A stretch of 32,000 nucleotides of DNA from Clostridium sp. (GTDB lineage: Bacteria; Bacillota; Clostridia; Clostridiales; Clostridiaceae): positions 17,354 to 49,353 of the forward strand of contig NZ_JBOFRG010000313.1 in the NCBI RefSeq assembly GCF_051650885.1, written 5' to 3'. The notes under the pieces are model-generated. The model saw only the letters and a list, made by a program, of their open reading frames with translations. It made no database searches and was not told where the DNA came from. This document shows positions 13,237-22,816 of this stretch, one piece after another. Position numbers and translations under genes: made by a program. Each line of letters opens with the position of its first letter. The stretch's first letter is position 1.

Positions 13237-14391
13237 ATGAGAAAATTAATATTAGTTAAGTATGCATCAGAAATATTTTTAAAAGGTCTTAATAAAAATA
13301 AGTTTGAAAAAAAATTAAGAGACAACATAAAGAAAAAGTTAAAAGGTCTAGAATATGAAATGATAATTGACCAAGGAAGATACTTTATAAAGGTTGATGA
13401 TTTAGAAGAAGGAATAGATAGAGTAAGAAAAGTTTTTGGAGTATCAGCAGTATGTATAGTTACAGAAGTTGAGAGAGATATGGATGTTATAAAGACAGAA
13501 GTATTAAAGAAAATAAATGAAGTAAAGCCAAAGACATTTAAGATAGAAACAAACAGAGCAAATAAAGTTTTTGATATGACATCAGTAGAAATATCAAGAG
13601 AAATTGGTGGATATGTTTTAGACAATTATGAAGGTGAACTTTCAGTTAATGTTAAGGAGCCAGAATGTTTAGTAAATGTTGAAATAAGAGAAAGAGCTTA
13701 TGTATTTACAAGTGCAGACAAAGTTAAAGGTGTTGGAGGACTTCCTTACGGAATGAATGGAAGCACTATGCTTATGCTATCTGGAGGAATAGATTCACCA
13801 GTTGCAGGATACTTAATGGCAAGAAGAGGAGTAGAGCTTAACTGTGTTTATTATCACAGTCATCCTTACACATCAGAAAGAGCTAAAGATAAGGTTAAAG
13901 ACTTAGCTAAAATTTTAGCAGGATATACAGGAAGAGTAAGATTATTTATAGTTTCATTTACAGAAATTCAAATGGAAATTATAGATAAGTGTCCAGGGGA
14001 TGAATTAACAATCATTATGAGAAGATTTATGATGAAGGTTGCATGTTCAATTGCTGATAGAGATGGAATTCAATCAGTTTCTTCAGGTGAGAGTATTGGG
14101 CAAGTTGCAAGTCAAACTATGGAAGGTTTAATTGTAAGTACAGATTCAGCAGATAGACCAGTCTTTAGACCATTAATTGCAATGGATAAAGAAGATATAA
14201 TGGATATAGCAAGAGAAATTGGAACTTATGAAACATCAATATTACCTTATGAAGATTGTTGTACTATATTTGTACCAAAGCATCCAAAAACAAAGCCAAG
14301 ATTAGATATAATTAAAAAATCTGAAAGTGCTTTAGATGTTGATGCATTAGTACAAAAAGCAATGGATGAAACAGAAGTTGTAGTATTTTAA
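13237..14391 (+). CDS. thiI: tRNA 4-thiouridine(8) synthase / thiamine biosynthesis protein ThiI
   Basis: 384 aa. N-terminal ferredoxin-like/THUMP region, then PP-loop LMLSGGIDSPVA. Paired with a cysteine desulfurase as in Bacilli and Clostridia. Confidence 0.9.
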   Translation: MRKLILVKYASEIFLKGLNKNKFEKKLRDNIKKKLKGLEYEMIIDQGRYFIKVDDLEEGIDRVRKVFGVSAVCIVTEVERDMDVIKTEVLKKINEVKPKTFKIETNRANKVFDMTSVEISREIGGYVLDNYEGELSVNVKEPECLVNVEIRERAYVFTSADKVKGVGGLPYGMNGSTMLMLSGGIDSPVAGYLMARRGVELNCVYYHSHPYTSERAKDKVKDLAKILAGYTGRVRLFIVSFTEIQMEIIDKCPGDELTIIMRRFMMKVACSIADRDGIQSVSSGESIGQVASQTMEGLIVSTDSADRPVFRPLIAMDKEDIMDIAREIGTYETSILPYEDCCTIFVPKHPKTKPRLDIIKKSESALDVDALVQKAMDETEVVVF

Positions 14392-14392
14392 A

Positions 14393-14420
14393 AAAATGGG
14401 TTCTTTATGGACCCATTTTC
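14393..14420 (+). terminator. Rho-independent terminator after thiI
   Basis: AAATGGGT / ACCCATTT stem followed by a T-run. Confidence 0.65.
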
Positions 14421-14450
14421 TAACTAAAGATAAAGGAGAAAATAGAAAAG

Positions 14451-15851
14451 ATGATTTTACAAGAAATAAAAGAGTTTTTTACTGTTTTTGGAGCGCCAAT
14501 ATTTTTACCAGTAGTTATTTTTATAATATGTAAGGCACTTAAGGTTAATAGTAAAAAAGCCTTTTTATCAGGTTTATATGCAGGGGTAGGACTGCAAGGA
14601 TTTATGCTTTTAATAGGAGCATTTACACCTATCATAATGCCAGTAATTAAACAAATGGTATCATCCACAGGCATTAACTTACCTGTCTTAGATTTAGGAT
14701 GGCAAACAAGTGCCATAATAGCTTATTCAAGCAAGATAGGATTAATATTCTTTGTATTTGCGATTATAATCCAACTTGTACTTTTTGCAAGTAAGTGGAC
14801 AAATATATTTTTACCATCAGATTTATGGTTAAATTACACATATATGATATGGGGTTCAATGCTTTATGTAGCTACCAAAAATGTGTGGTTATCTATGATT
14901 TTTATGGTAGTTATAATGATGTATAGTATTTTAAACATAGAAGTTATATGTAAGAGTTGGTCGAAATATTACAAGTATCCAAACTGTACTATTATTTCAA
15001 TGCATAATACAGAAGTAACACTTCTTTTATATGTATTAGACCCTATATTTAATAAGTTTGGAGTAAATAAACTAAAGTTTAATCCAGAAAAAATGAAAGA
15101 AAAATTAGGTGTATTTGGAGAACCAGGAACAATAGGGCTTATACTTGGGATATTCATTGGTATATTAGGAAATATAAAAAGACTCGGATCAATGAAAGCA
15201 TGGGGGCAGATAATGACGCTAGGAATAGTGCTTGCCACTTTAATGATTGTATTTCCTAAAATAGCAGAAATTTTTGGAAAAGCTTTTTCGCCAATGGCAG
15301 AAGCGGTAAATAAAAATTTAGATAAAGAAAAAAAGTCAAAAAGAAAGAGAGACTGGTATATAGGTGTAGATGATGCAACAGGGTATGGTGAACCAGCTAC
15401 GTTAATATCAGGAACATTATTAATTCCAATAATGATAGTAATGGCTTTAATATTACCAGGAAACAAAACACTTCCAATGGTTGATTTAATCGCCCTTCCT
15501 TTTATGGTGGAAGCTTTAGTTGCAATGACTAAGGGAAATATGCTTAAGATTATAATCACAGGTGGAATTTGGTTTTCAATAGGCCTTTATACATGTTCAG
15601 CTTTAGCACCAATATACACACATGCAGCAATAGTTGCAGGAGTGGCACTTCCTGTTGGAGCACTTTATATAACAAGCTTTAACATGATGGCACAACCGAT
15701 AGCATCATTAATGTTCTTTGCATTTTTAACTCAAAATTATATATTAATTGGATTTATTATAGTGTTATATTTTGTACTATATTTTATAGTTATGAGAAAT
15801 TTAGATAGAATACATAATTATATAGATAGACAGGCTGAAAAAAATATATAA
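14451..15851 (+). CDS. PTS galactitol-family EIIC permease (GatC-like)
   Basis: 466 aa polytopic membrane protein. The N-terminal pattern (FGAPIFLPVVIFIICKALKV...AFLSGLYAGVGLQGF...LDLGWQTS) parallels E. coli GatC. A FGEPGTIGLILGIFIGILG block is also present. Monocistronic between terminators. Confidence 0.65.
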   Translation: MILQEIKEFFTVFGAPIFLPVVIFIICKALKVNSKKAFLSGLYAGVGLQGFMLLIGAFTPIIMPVIKQMVSSTGINLPVLDLGWQTSAIIAYSSKIGLIFFVFAIIIQLVLFASKWTNIFLPSDLWLNYTYMIWGSMLYVATKNVWLSMIFMVVIMMYSILNIEVICKSWSKYYKYPNCTIISMHNTEVTLLLYVLDPIFNKFGVNKLKFNPEKMKEKLGVFGEPGTIGLILGIFIGILGNIKRLGSMKAWGQIMTLGIVLATLMIVFPKIAEIFGKAFSPMAEAVNKNLDKEKKSKRKRDWYIGVDDATGYGEPATLISGTLLIPIMIVMALILPGNKTLPMVDLIALPFMVEALVAMTKGNMLKIIITGGIWFSIGLYTCSALAPIYTHAAIVAGVALPVGALYITSFNMMAQPIASLMFFAFLTQNYILIGFIIVLYFVLYFIVMRNLDRIHNYIDRQAEKNI

Positions 15852-15865
15852 ATAATCCACAAATA

Positions 15866-15901
15866 AAAAAACAATCCTCATAAAGTTGAGGATTGTTTTT
15901 A
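15866..15901. terminator. bidirectional terminator
   Basis: Stem AAAAACAATCCTCA / TGAGGATTGTTTTT between convergent genes. Confidence 0.85.
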
Positions 15902-15916
15902 ATTTATGTGGATATC

Positions 15917-17773
15917 TTAAGCAGTTTCTTCAGTTTGTGCAAATTGACTGTTATAAAGATTTGCATAGAATCCATTTTCTTTCATAAGTTCAGCGTGATT
16001 TCCTTGTTCAATAACATTACCATTATTCATAACTAAGATTAAATCAGCATCTTTTATTGTTGAAAGTCTATGAGCAATAACGAAGTTTGTTCTTCCTTCC
16101 ATAAGTCTTGTCATAGCATTTTGAATATAACTTTCAGTTCTTGTATCAACTGAACTTGTAGCTTCATCTAAGATTAAAACCTTCGGATTTGCCAAGATAG
16201 CTCTAGCAATAGTTAAAAGTTGTTTTTGACCTTGTGATATATTAGAAGCCTCTTCATTTAAAATAGTATCGTATCCATTAGGAAGAGTTCTTATAAAGTG
16301 ATCAGCATGAGCTGCTTTAGCTGCCATTATAACTTCATCCATTGTAGCAGTTTTTTTACCGTAAGCTATATTATCTTTTATGCTTCCATTAAATAACCAG
16401 GTATCTTGAAGAACCATACCAAACATGCTTCTTAAATATTCACGGCTAAAGTTTGTAATATCAACACCATCAAAAGTTATAGAGCCATCATTTATTTCAT
16501 AAAATCTCATTAGAAGGTTTATTAAAGTTGTTTTACCAGCTCCAGTAGGACCTACTATAGCAACTGTTTGACCTGCTTTAACATGAATATTCATATCTTC
16601 CATAAGAATTTTATCTTCAGAATAACCAAACTTAACATTTTTGAAATCAACATCACCATGAGGATTTTCAATAACATCTGGGTTAACTTTTTCAGGAACT
16701 GCATCAGGTTCATCTAATATTTCAAAAACTCTTTCAGCAGCAGCCATAGTAGACTGAAGTACATTTGCAATGTTAGTTGTTTGACTAATCATTTGTGTAA
16801 ATTGTCTTGAATATTGAATAAATGATTGTATATACCCAACCTGAAGCTTACCGTTTATTACCATTACACCACCTGCAACAGCAATACCAACATAAGCAAT
16901 ATTACTTATAAGACTCATAATAGGCATTAAGATACCAGCCATAAATTGAGCTTTCCAAGCAGAATTATAAAGTCTATCATTGATAGTATTAAACTTATCA
17001 ATTGAATCTTTTTCACGTCCAAAAGATTTTATAACTGTATGACCAGAATAAATTTCTTCAACATGACCACTTAACTGACCAAGTTCTTTTTGTTGATTAA
17101 AGAAGAATCTTTGAGATTTCTTTACTATTGGCATAGCAACAAACATACAAAGTGGTAATGTTATAACACAAATTAAAGTTAAAAGTGGACTTAAAGTAAG
17201 CATCATAATAGTAATACCTATAATGGTAACAATAGCAGTTATAATTTGAGTTAAAGACTGCTGAAGTGTACTACTTATAGTGTCAATATCATTAGTTACA
17301 CGACTTAAGACATCACCTTGTGGATGAGTATCAAAATAGTTTATAGGTAACTTATGAAGCTTTTTATCAACAGATGTTCTTAAACTTTGAACAGTTTTTT
17401 GTGCAACATCTGACATTATAAATTTTTGTAGGTAAAGGAAAGCAGCACTTAAAAGATAAAATCCTAATAACACTAAAATATAACGTGTAAGTTTAGTGAA
17501 ATCAATTCCAGCACCAGGAATTCCTTTGAATTTTTCCATCATACCATCCAAAATTACATTAAGAACATCTCCAAGTAATCTAGGAGCAAAAACAGTAAAA
17601 GCAGTACTAATTATAGTCATTAAAATTATTAAAGATAATTTACCTTTAAAAGGACTTAGATAAGAAAATAATCTTTTACTAGTACCTTTAAAGTTCTTAG
17701 CTTTTTCACCAGAACCCATAGCACCTCTATTTCCACCAAAGCCCATAGAAGAACGTTTATTACTCATTTTCAA
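15917..17773 (-). CDS. ABC exporter, fused permease/ATPase (consensus-site half of a heterodimer, BmrD/LmrD/YheH-like)
   Basis: 618 aa. Six-TM domain, Walker A GPTGAGKTT, and canonical Walker B plus catalytic Glu (LILDEATS), but a degenerate signature ISQGQ. Overlaps the upstream gene by 14 nt. Confidence 0.9.
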   Translation of the reverse strand: MKMSNKRSSMGFGGNRGAMGSGEKAKNFKGTSKRLFSYLSPFKGKLSLIILMTIISTAFTVFAPRLLGDVLNVILDGMMEKFKGIPGAGIDFTKLTRYILVLLGFYLLSAAFLYLQKFIMSDVAQKTVQSLRTSVDKKLHKLPINYFDTHPQGDVLSRVTNDIDTISSTLQQSLTQIITAIVTIIGITIMMLTLSPLLTLICVITLPLCMFVAMPIVKKSQRFFFNQQKELGQLSGHVEEIYSGHTVIKSFGREKDSIDKFNTINDRLYNSAWKAQFMAGILMPIMSLISNIAYVGIAVAGGVMVINGKLQVGYIQSFIQYSRQFTQMISQTTNIANVLQSTMAAAERVFEILDEPDAVPEKVNPDVIENPHGDVDFKNVKFGYSEDKILMEDMNIHVKAGQTVAIVGPTGAGKTTLINLLMRFYEINDGSITFDGVDITNFSREYLRSMFGMVLQDTWLFNGSIKDNIAYGKKTATMDEVIMAAKAAHADHFIRTLPNGYDTILNEEASNISQGQKQLLTIARAILANPKVLILDEATSSVDTRTESYIQNAMTRLMEGRTNFVIAHRLSTIKDADLILVMNNGNVIEQGNHAELMKENGFYANLYNSQFAQTEETA

Positions 17774-19502
17774 GCTCCTCCTTTGAAAGTTGTGAAGATG
17801 CTATTTCATTATAGACAGTACAAGTTTTAAGGAGTTCTTTATGTGTTCCGTGACCAACTATTTTACCGTCATTTAAAACTAAAATATTATCAGCATCTTT
17901 AATTGTATTTATCCTTTGAGCCACTATTAAAACAGCAGCATTTTTTGTTTCATTTTTTAATGCAGCACGAAGCATAGCATCAGTTTTAAAGTCAAGTGCA
18001 GAGAAACTGTCATCAAACATATATAAATCAGGTTTTCTTATAAGTGCTCTTGCAATAGAAAGTCTTTGCTTTTGACCACCAGAAAAGTTTCTTCCACCTT
18101 GTTCAACAAGAGAATGGAAGCCATCTTCTTTATTTAAAATAAAATCATATGATTGAGCAATTTTACTTGCATGAATCATTTCATCCATAGAAGCATCTTC
18201 TTTACCGTATTTTAAGTTATCCTCTATAGTACCAGAGAATAAAACAGCTTTTTGAGGTATAAATCCGATTTTACTTCTTAAAAGCTCTAAAGGTAGATTA
18301 GTTATATCTACACCATTAAGAAGTATTTCACCTTCAGTAGAATCATAGAATCTACTTATAAGATTTAAAATAGTAGATTTACCAGAACCAGTACCACCGA
18401 TGATAGCAGTTGTTTCGCCAGGGTTTACGCTAAAGCTAATGTTTGAAAGAGCATTATTTTCAGCACCAGGGAAAGCAAATGATACGTTTTTGAATTCAAC
18501 TGAACCAGTTGTAGAAAACTCATTAGTAGTTTTCTTAGCATCTATAATTGAAGGTTCAATAGCTAAAACTTCATTAATTCTATCAGCAGATGCAGCAGCT
18601 CTAGGAATCATAATGAATAACATACTTACCATAATAAGAGCAAACATAATTTGCATAGTATATTGAATAAATGCCATTAAGTTACCAACTTCCATAGCAT
18701 TATCATTTACCATTCCAGCACCAAACCAAAGGATGGCAACTGATGTAACGTTAAGAATAAGCATTAATAAAGGCATTAAACTAGAAATTATTTTATTTAC
18801 TTTAATTGCATTATTAGTAAAATCAGCATTAGCTTCTTCAAAACGTTCTTTTTCTACTGATTGTTTGTTAAAAGCTCTAACAACTCTTATACCAGTTAAG
18901 TTTTCACGAAGAACTTTGTTAATTCTATCAAGTTTAACTTGCATTGCCTTAAATCTAGGCATACCAATTTTTCCAACAATTAAAATTGAGATAACAACAA
19001 TTGGCATAGATACTAAAAGAATTGAAGATAATTTAGCATCGGTTTGTATTGCCATATAAATACCAGCCACACATGTAAGTGGAGCAACAACCATCATATT
19101 TAAAATGGTTATTAATAATTGTTGTACTTGAGTTACGTCATTAGTATTTCTAGTGATTAAAGAAGCAGTACCTACTTTATCCATTTCAGCTAAAGAGAAA
19201 GATTCTACTTTAGTAAATATAGACCTTCTAACATCACGTCCAAATCCCATAGCAACTCTTGAAGATAAGAAGCTAGCACAAATAGTTGCAATACTTCCTA
19301 TCAAAGTGATAATAATCATATAGACACCAATTTTCATGATATAGTTAACATCTCTTCCTACAATTCCTTTATCAACTATTTTAGATAGCATAGTTGGTAA
19401 ATAAAGTTGTGATACAGTTTGAATTAGAAGAAGACATATAACTAAGAAAAGTGGAAATCTATAAGGCTTTAGTCTTTTAAATAGTTTTAGCAATTTCAAC
19501 AA
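17760..19502 (-). CDS. ABC exporter, fused permease/ATPase (degenerate-site half, BmrC/LmrC/YheI-like)
   Basis: 580 aa. Walker A GGTGSGKST and canonical signature FSGGQ. Walker B is followed by Asp instead of the catalytic Glu (LYMFDDSFS), the hallmark of asymmetric heterodimeric exporters. Confidence 0.9.
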   Translation of the reverse strand: MLKLLKLFKRLKPYRFPLFLVICLLLIQTVSQLYLPTMLSKIVDKGIVGRDVNYIMKIGVYMIIITLIGSIATICASFLSSRVAMGFGRDVRRSIFTKVESFSLAEMDKVGTASLITRNTNDVTQVQQLLITILNMMVVAPLTCVAGIYMAIQTDAKLSSILLVSMPIVVISILIVGKIGMPRFKAMQVKLDRINKVLRENLTGIRVVRAFNKQSVEKERFEEANADFTNNAIKVNKIISSLMPLLMLILNVTSVAILWFGAGMVNDNAMEVGNLMAFIQYTMQIMFALIMVSMLFIMIPRAAASADRINEVLAIEPSIIDAKKTTNEFSTTGSVEFKNVSFAFPGAENNALSNISFSVNPGETTAIIGGTGSGKSTILNLISRFYDSTEGEILLNGVDITNLPLELLRSKIGFIPQKAVLFSGTIEDNLKYGKEDASMDEMIHASKIAQSYDFILNKEDGFHSLVEQGGRNFSGGQKQRLSIARALIRKPDLYMFDDSFSALDFKTDAMLRAALKNETKNAAVLIVAQRINTIKDADNILVLNDGKIVGHGTHKELLKTCTVYNEIASSQLSKEELENE

Positions 19503-19948
19503 CTCCCATTCTTAATTTTTTCATAGCTTTCAAGGTTAGTTTTAACCTTAATAAGTAAATTATTTAAAGTTTTAATTTCCTCATTTGTAAAATTATCTAA
19601 ACAAATCTTATCCATTTTTTTAGTAAGAACCTTAAGATTTTCACATGCCTTAAAGCCTTTATTAGATAAAAAGATTCTAGAGATACGTCCATCATTCTCA
19701 TCTGATTCTTTATAGATAAATTCAGTTTTTTCAAGACGCTTAATCATAATAGCAATAGTGGAAGGTTTAACATGGAGCTCATTTGCAATTTCTTTTTGAC
19801 TTATTCCATTTTTTTTATATAGAACAAAAAGAAGTTGTGGTTGTCCAGGGTAAAGACCTTCTTTTTCAAGCTCTTCATGACTTAGTCTAAAGTGAGCTTT
19901 CATTACAGAACCAAGAGTTTTTAGAAAAACAGCATCTTCAATATTCAT
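19496..19948 (-). CDS. MarR-family transcriptional regulator
   Basis: ~150 aa winged-HTH protein (ISQKEIANELHVKPSTIAIMIKRLEK...DENDGRISRIFLSNKG). AAGGAGG RBS precedes ATG 19948. The ORF-track TTG at 19963 overlaps that RBS. First gene of the ABC operon, with a 7-nt overlap to the next gene. Confidence 0.85.
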   Translation of the reverse strand: MNIEDAVFLKTLGSVMKAHFRLSHEELEKEGLYPGQPQLLFVLYKKNGISQKEIANELHVKPSTIAIMIKRLEKTEFIYKESDENDGRISRIFLSNKGFKACENLKVLTKKMDKICLDNFTNEEIKTLNNLLIKVKTNLESYEKIKNGSC

Positions 19949-19965
19949 AAAATCCTCCTTCAAAG

Positions 19966-20004
19966 AATTAGTTAGTCGACTAATTATTAGTCGTCTAACT
20001 AATT
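19966..20004. promoter_or_regulatory. imperfect palindrome, probable MarR operator in a divergent promoter region
   Basis: AATTAGTTAGTCGACTAATTATTAGTCGTCTAACTAATT. The 16-nt arms TTAGTTAGTCGACTAA and TTAGTCGTCTAACTAA are inverted repeats with one mismatch. The site begins 18 nt upstream of the marR ATG. Confidence 0.6.
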
Positions 20005-20054
20005 TTATGATAAAATAAAATAAAAAGCAAGTGGAAAGTTTAAAAGGTGAAAAA

Positions 20055-20321
20055 ATGAATTATGTTTATATATTAAAATGTAAAGATGATACTTTATATA
20101 CAGGATGGACAAACGATTTAGATAATAGAATTAAAATGCATAAAGAGGGAAAGGGTGCAAAGTATACTAGAGGAAGAGGACCATTAGAATTAATGTATTA
20201 TGAAGAATTTTTAGATAAGAAAGAGGCAATGAAAAAGGAATATAAAATAAAAAGAATGGATAGGAGTGATAAAATTAAACTTATAGAAAATGCAAATCTA
20301 AATAAAGCACTTGAAAAATAA
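20055..20321 (+). CDS. GIY-YIG nuclease-family protein (UPF0213 / YazA-like)
   Basis: MNYVYILKCKDDTLYTGWTNDLDNRIKMH..GKGAKYTRGRGP is the GIY-(x)-YTG motif set. AAAGGTG RBS precedes ATG 20055. Confidence 0.8.
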   Translation: MNYVYILKCKDDTLYTGWTNDLDNRIKMHKEGKGAKYTRGRGPLELMYYEEFLDKKEAMKKEYKIKRMDRSDKIKLIENANLNKALEK

Positions 20322-20371
20322 AAGCAAGGTGATAGAATTATTCTTTGTGAAGAAAGATAAGGTGAGAACAG

Positions 20372-22273
20372 ATGAAGAAAGAGATGAGAAAATTTATATT
20401 TGGGAAAACATTATTATTTGTAGGGATTTTAGCATATGTTATACTTTTTAAAACCATTTTTGGTGAAGATAATATATTAATTGCAGTAATGTCTGTAACA
20501 GGTATGCTTATGTATATGGGAAGAGACTTAACAGGGGAGCTTTTAAAATATACATTTAAATTTATTGGATTTTATTTATTAATAGGGATTGGAACATTTA
20601 TTGCATCAGGGAATATGTGGATTGCAATATTCATTAACTTTGCAATTGTATTTTTTATTAGCTACAGTTTTGGACATGTTCTGAAAAATGCAATGTACTT
20701 ACCATTTACACTACTATATTTATTTTTATTAGCTTACCCAGTAACAGTACATGCGTTACCTATGAGGCTTATAGCATTAGTAGTAGGAGCACTTGTGATT
20801 GTAGCACCACAGTTATTAATAAATAAAAATAAAGTGCCAAAAGCAAGTTCTAAAATAATAAATGGATTATTTGATTTATTAGATAAAAAAATAGAATTTG
20901 TTTTAGAAGAGAAAAAAACAAAAGAGTTAGATGCACAAATAAATGGAATGATGACAAGCTTAAAAAATATCATTTATGATAAAAAAGAAAAAAAGTTTTA
21001 TATAAGTGCAGAAGGACGAGGATACTTAGATATACTTGCAAGTTTAGACAAGCTTAATCATTTAATGGTAAATGGAACATTAGATGAAAAAGCTTTAAAT
21101 GATATAAAAAAGGGAATTTCAGAGGTTAAAGCATTATTTAATAAAGAAGAAAATAATGTAACAGAATATGTTAAAGAAATAAAAGAAAATTATAAAAATA
21201 GTGTAAGCATTTCTAATATTCAAGGAATAGGTTCAATAATATTATTAATTGATACATTAAAGAATTTAGAGCAGAAAAAAACTGTTAAAACAAATATAAT
21301 AAAAGGAATAAAAGAGGATGCATATGGATTAAAGAATATTAAATTTAATTCAGTTAGAATAAGTTATGCATTACATGTAGCAATTGAAGTAGCAATTGGA
21401 TGTTTTATTATGGATTACTTCCACTTACATCAAGGAAGATGGATAATGTATACTGTGTTATCACTTACAAATCCAATATTAGAAGTTACAAAAAACAAGG
21501 CAAAAGACAGAGTAATAGCAACAATAATTGGAGCAGTATTTATAGGAATAGTTTTTAGTTTTATAAAGAATCCAACAATACGAACTTTAGTAGTTTTAGG
21601 AGCAGGATATGCAAATGTATATTGTGTAACATATGCACAAAAAATGATTACTGTAACAATGTCAGCTGTTGGAGCTGCTATTATGGCAAATGAAGCTTAT
21701 GTTGGAGTGGGACATATAGTTACAAATCCAGTATTATTAGCATTACAAAGAATAGGATTAATACTACTTGGAGTAATTATCGCATTAATAATCAATAGAT
21801 TTTTCTTTAGATATGATGTTAAAAAAGTAAATGATAATTTAGAAGGGGTATCTAGAAATCTAACTAGGGACTTAATAAGCAATCTAGATAAGATTTTAAG
21901 TGGAGAAAAGTTAGATGATTATATCAATAATGTTTATATTTTAATGACACAGGTAAATGAAACTATAAAAACAAATATGAAAATAGTAAAGAAGAATGAT
22001 TTAAATGAAAATGAAGAACATATTTTAAGTCGAAGATTAAGCTTAGTAGCAATGGTATATGAATTAAATAAATTCATTAATAATGAGAAAATATCAGAAG
22101 AGAAACGAATTAAATTAGAAAATGTAATAGTAGAATTAAACATAGAAAACAAAAAAAAGAAAGATGAAATTATAAATGAAGGAATACAATGGGCTAAATT
22201 TGAATCAGTAGAAGAAAAAGTAGTAGTTAGCTTTTTAGTTCAAATAAAAAGAGAATATAAAAGTATAATATAA
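20372..22273 (+). CDS. FUSC / aromatic-acid-exporter-like integral membrane protein
   Basis: 633 aa. Two hydrophobic multi-TM blocks (aa ~10-150 and ~330-480), each followed by a long charged helical region. This bipartite architecture matches YccS/YhfK/FUSC proteins. The family call rests on architecture only. Confidence 0.5.
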   Translation: MKKEMRKFIFGKTLLFVGILAYVILFKTIFGEDNILIAVMSVTGMLMYMGRDLTGELLKYTFKFIGFYLLIGIGTFIASGNMWIAIFINFAIVFFISYSFGHVLKNAMYLPFTLLYLFLLAYPVTVHALPMRLIALVVGALVIVAPQLLINKNKVPKASSKIINGLFDLLDKKIEFVLEEKKTKELDAQINGMMTSLKNIIYDKKEKKFYISAEGRGYLDILASLDKLNHLMVNGTLDEKALNDIKKGISEVKALFNKEENNVTEYVKEIKENYKNSVSISNIQGIGSIILLIDTLKNLEQKKTVKTNIIKGIKEDAYGLKNIKFNSVRISYALHVAIEVAIGCFIMDYFHLHQGRWIMYTVLSLTNPILEVTKNKAKDRVIATIIGAVFIGIVFSFIKNPTIRTLVVLGAGYANVYCVTYAQKMITVTMSAVGAAIMANEAYVGVGHIVTNPVLLALQRIGLILLGVIIALIINRFFFRYDVKKVNDNLEGVSRNLTRDLISNLDKILSGEKLDDYINNVYILMTQVNETIKTNMKIVKKNDLNENEEHILSRRLSLVAMVYELNKFINNEKISEEKRIKLENVIVELNIENKKKKDEIINEGIQWAKFESVEEKVVVSFLVQIKREYKSII

Positions 22274-22278
22274 AAAAT

Positions 22279-22325
22279 ATAAGCAGATTATTAAAAGAAA
22301 AAATTAATAATCTGCTTATTAATTT
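22279..22325 (+). terminator. Rho-independent terminator
   Basis: Stem ATAAGCAGATTATT / AATAATCTGCTTAT with an A-rich loop, followed by TTAATTTTT. Confidence 0.8.
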
Positions 22326-22542
22326 TTGAAAATAAATAAAAAATAAGGGGGAAATTAGCGAGAAAGCTAAGAAAAAACAAAGTTTTATGCAAAGGTATTA
22401 AAAAAAGAAGCACATTTATTATATAAATTCATAGAATGTTAATATAAAAAGACAAAAGAATATGATATTATATGTGCAAAGGTATAAGAAAAAAATAAAG
22501 AGGAGTGATTTTATAGAATAGATTAAATGCAAAAACAATGTA

Positions 22543-22685
22543 AAGCGCCAGAGCTAATATTATATTAGCTGACGAGGATGGGGAGTTTATCGAACTTTCG
22601 GCGGGTGCCCCACGGTATCGCACTACCGTTAACAGTTAGCAAAGCTATGGAGTAATTCGTAGTACAAATCTAACTTGGTGTTAAA
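22543..22685 (+). ncRNA. glmS: glmS ribozyme (GlcN6P-activated self-cleaving leader)
   Basis: AAGCGCCAGAGCTAAT...ATTAGCTGACGAGGATGGGGAGTTTATCGAACTTTCGGCGGGTGCCCCACGG matches the conserved core AGCGCCAGAACU...GACGAGGAUGGAGGUUAUCGAAUUUUCGGCGGAUGCCUCCCGG. P3 (CGGTA..TACCG) and P4 (GTTAG..CTAAC) hairpins follow. Lies ~130 nt upstream of glmS. Confidence 0.88.
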
Positions 22686-22816
22686 AGCCTTCAATATTAA
22701 ATTTTAGAAGATTCCTAGGATTATTATACCTACTTTAATATTCTTTTAGCTAGGACTGAAGTTTATAGAAGATGAAAATTAAATAAACAAGTGATATGAA
22801 GGAAGGATGAACTTTT

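Noticed and set aside
13101-13625. 174-aa minus-strand ORF spanning the cysteine desulfurase / thiI junction. The 196-aa ORF at 14969..15559 and the 98-aa ORF at 14420..14716 are of the same kind.
   Set aside because: They are antisense to well-supported genes (PLP enzyme, ThiI PP-loop, PTS EIIC). The sequences are low-complexity, and there is no start context.
18400-19059. Two plus-strand ORFs (88 and 108 aa) inside the ABC exporter gene.
   Set aside because: They are antisense to a gene with complete Walker A, Walker B and signature motifs. There is no RBS.
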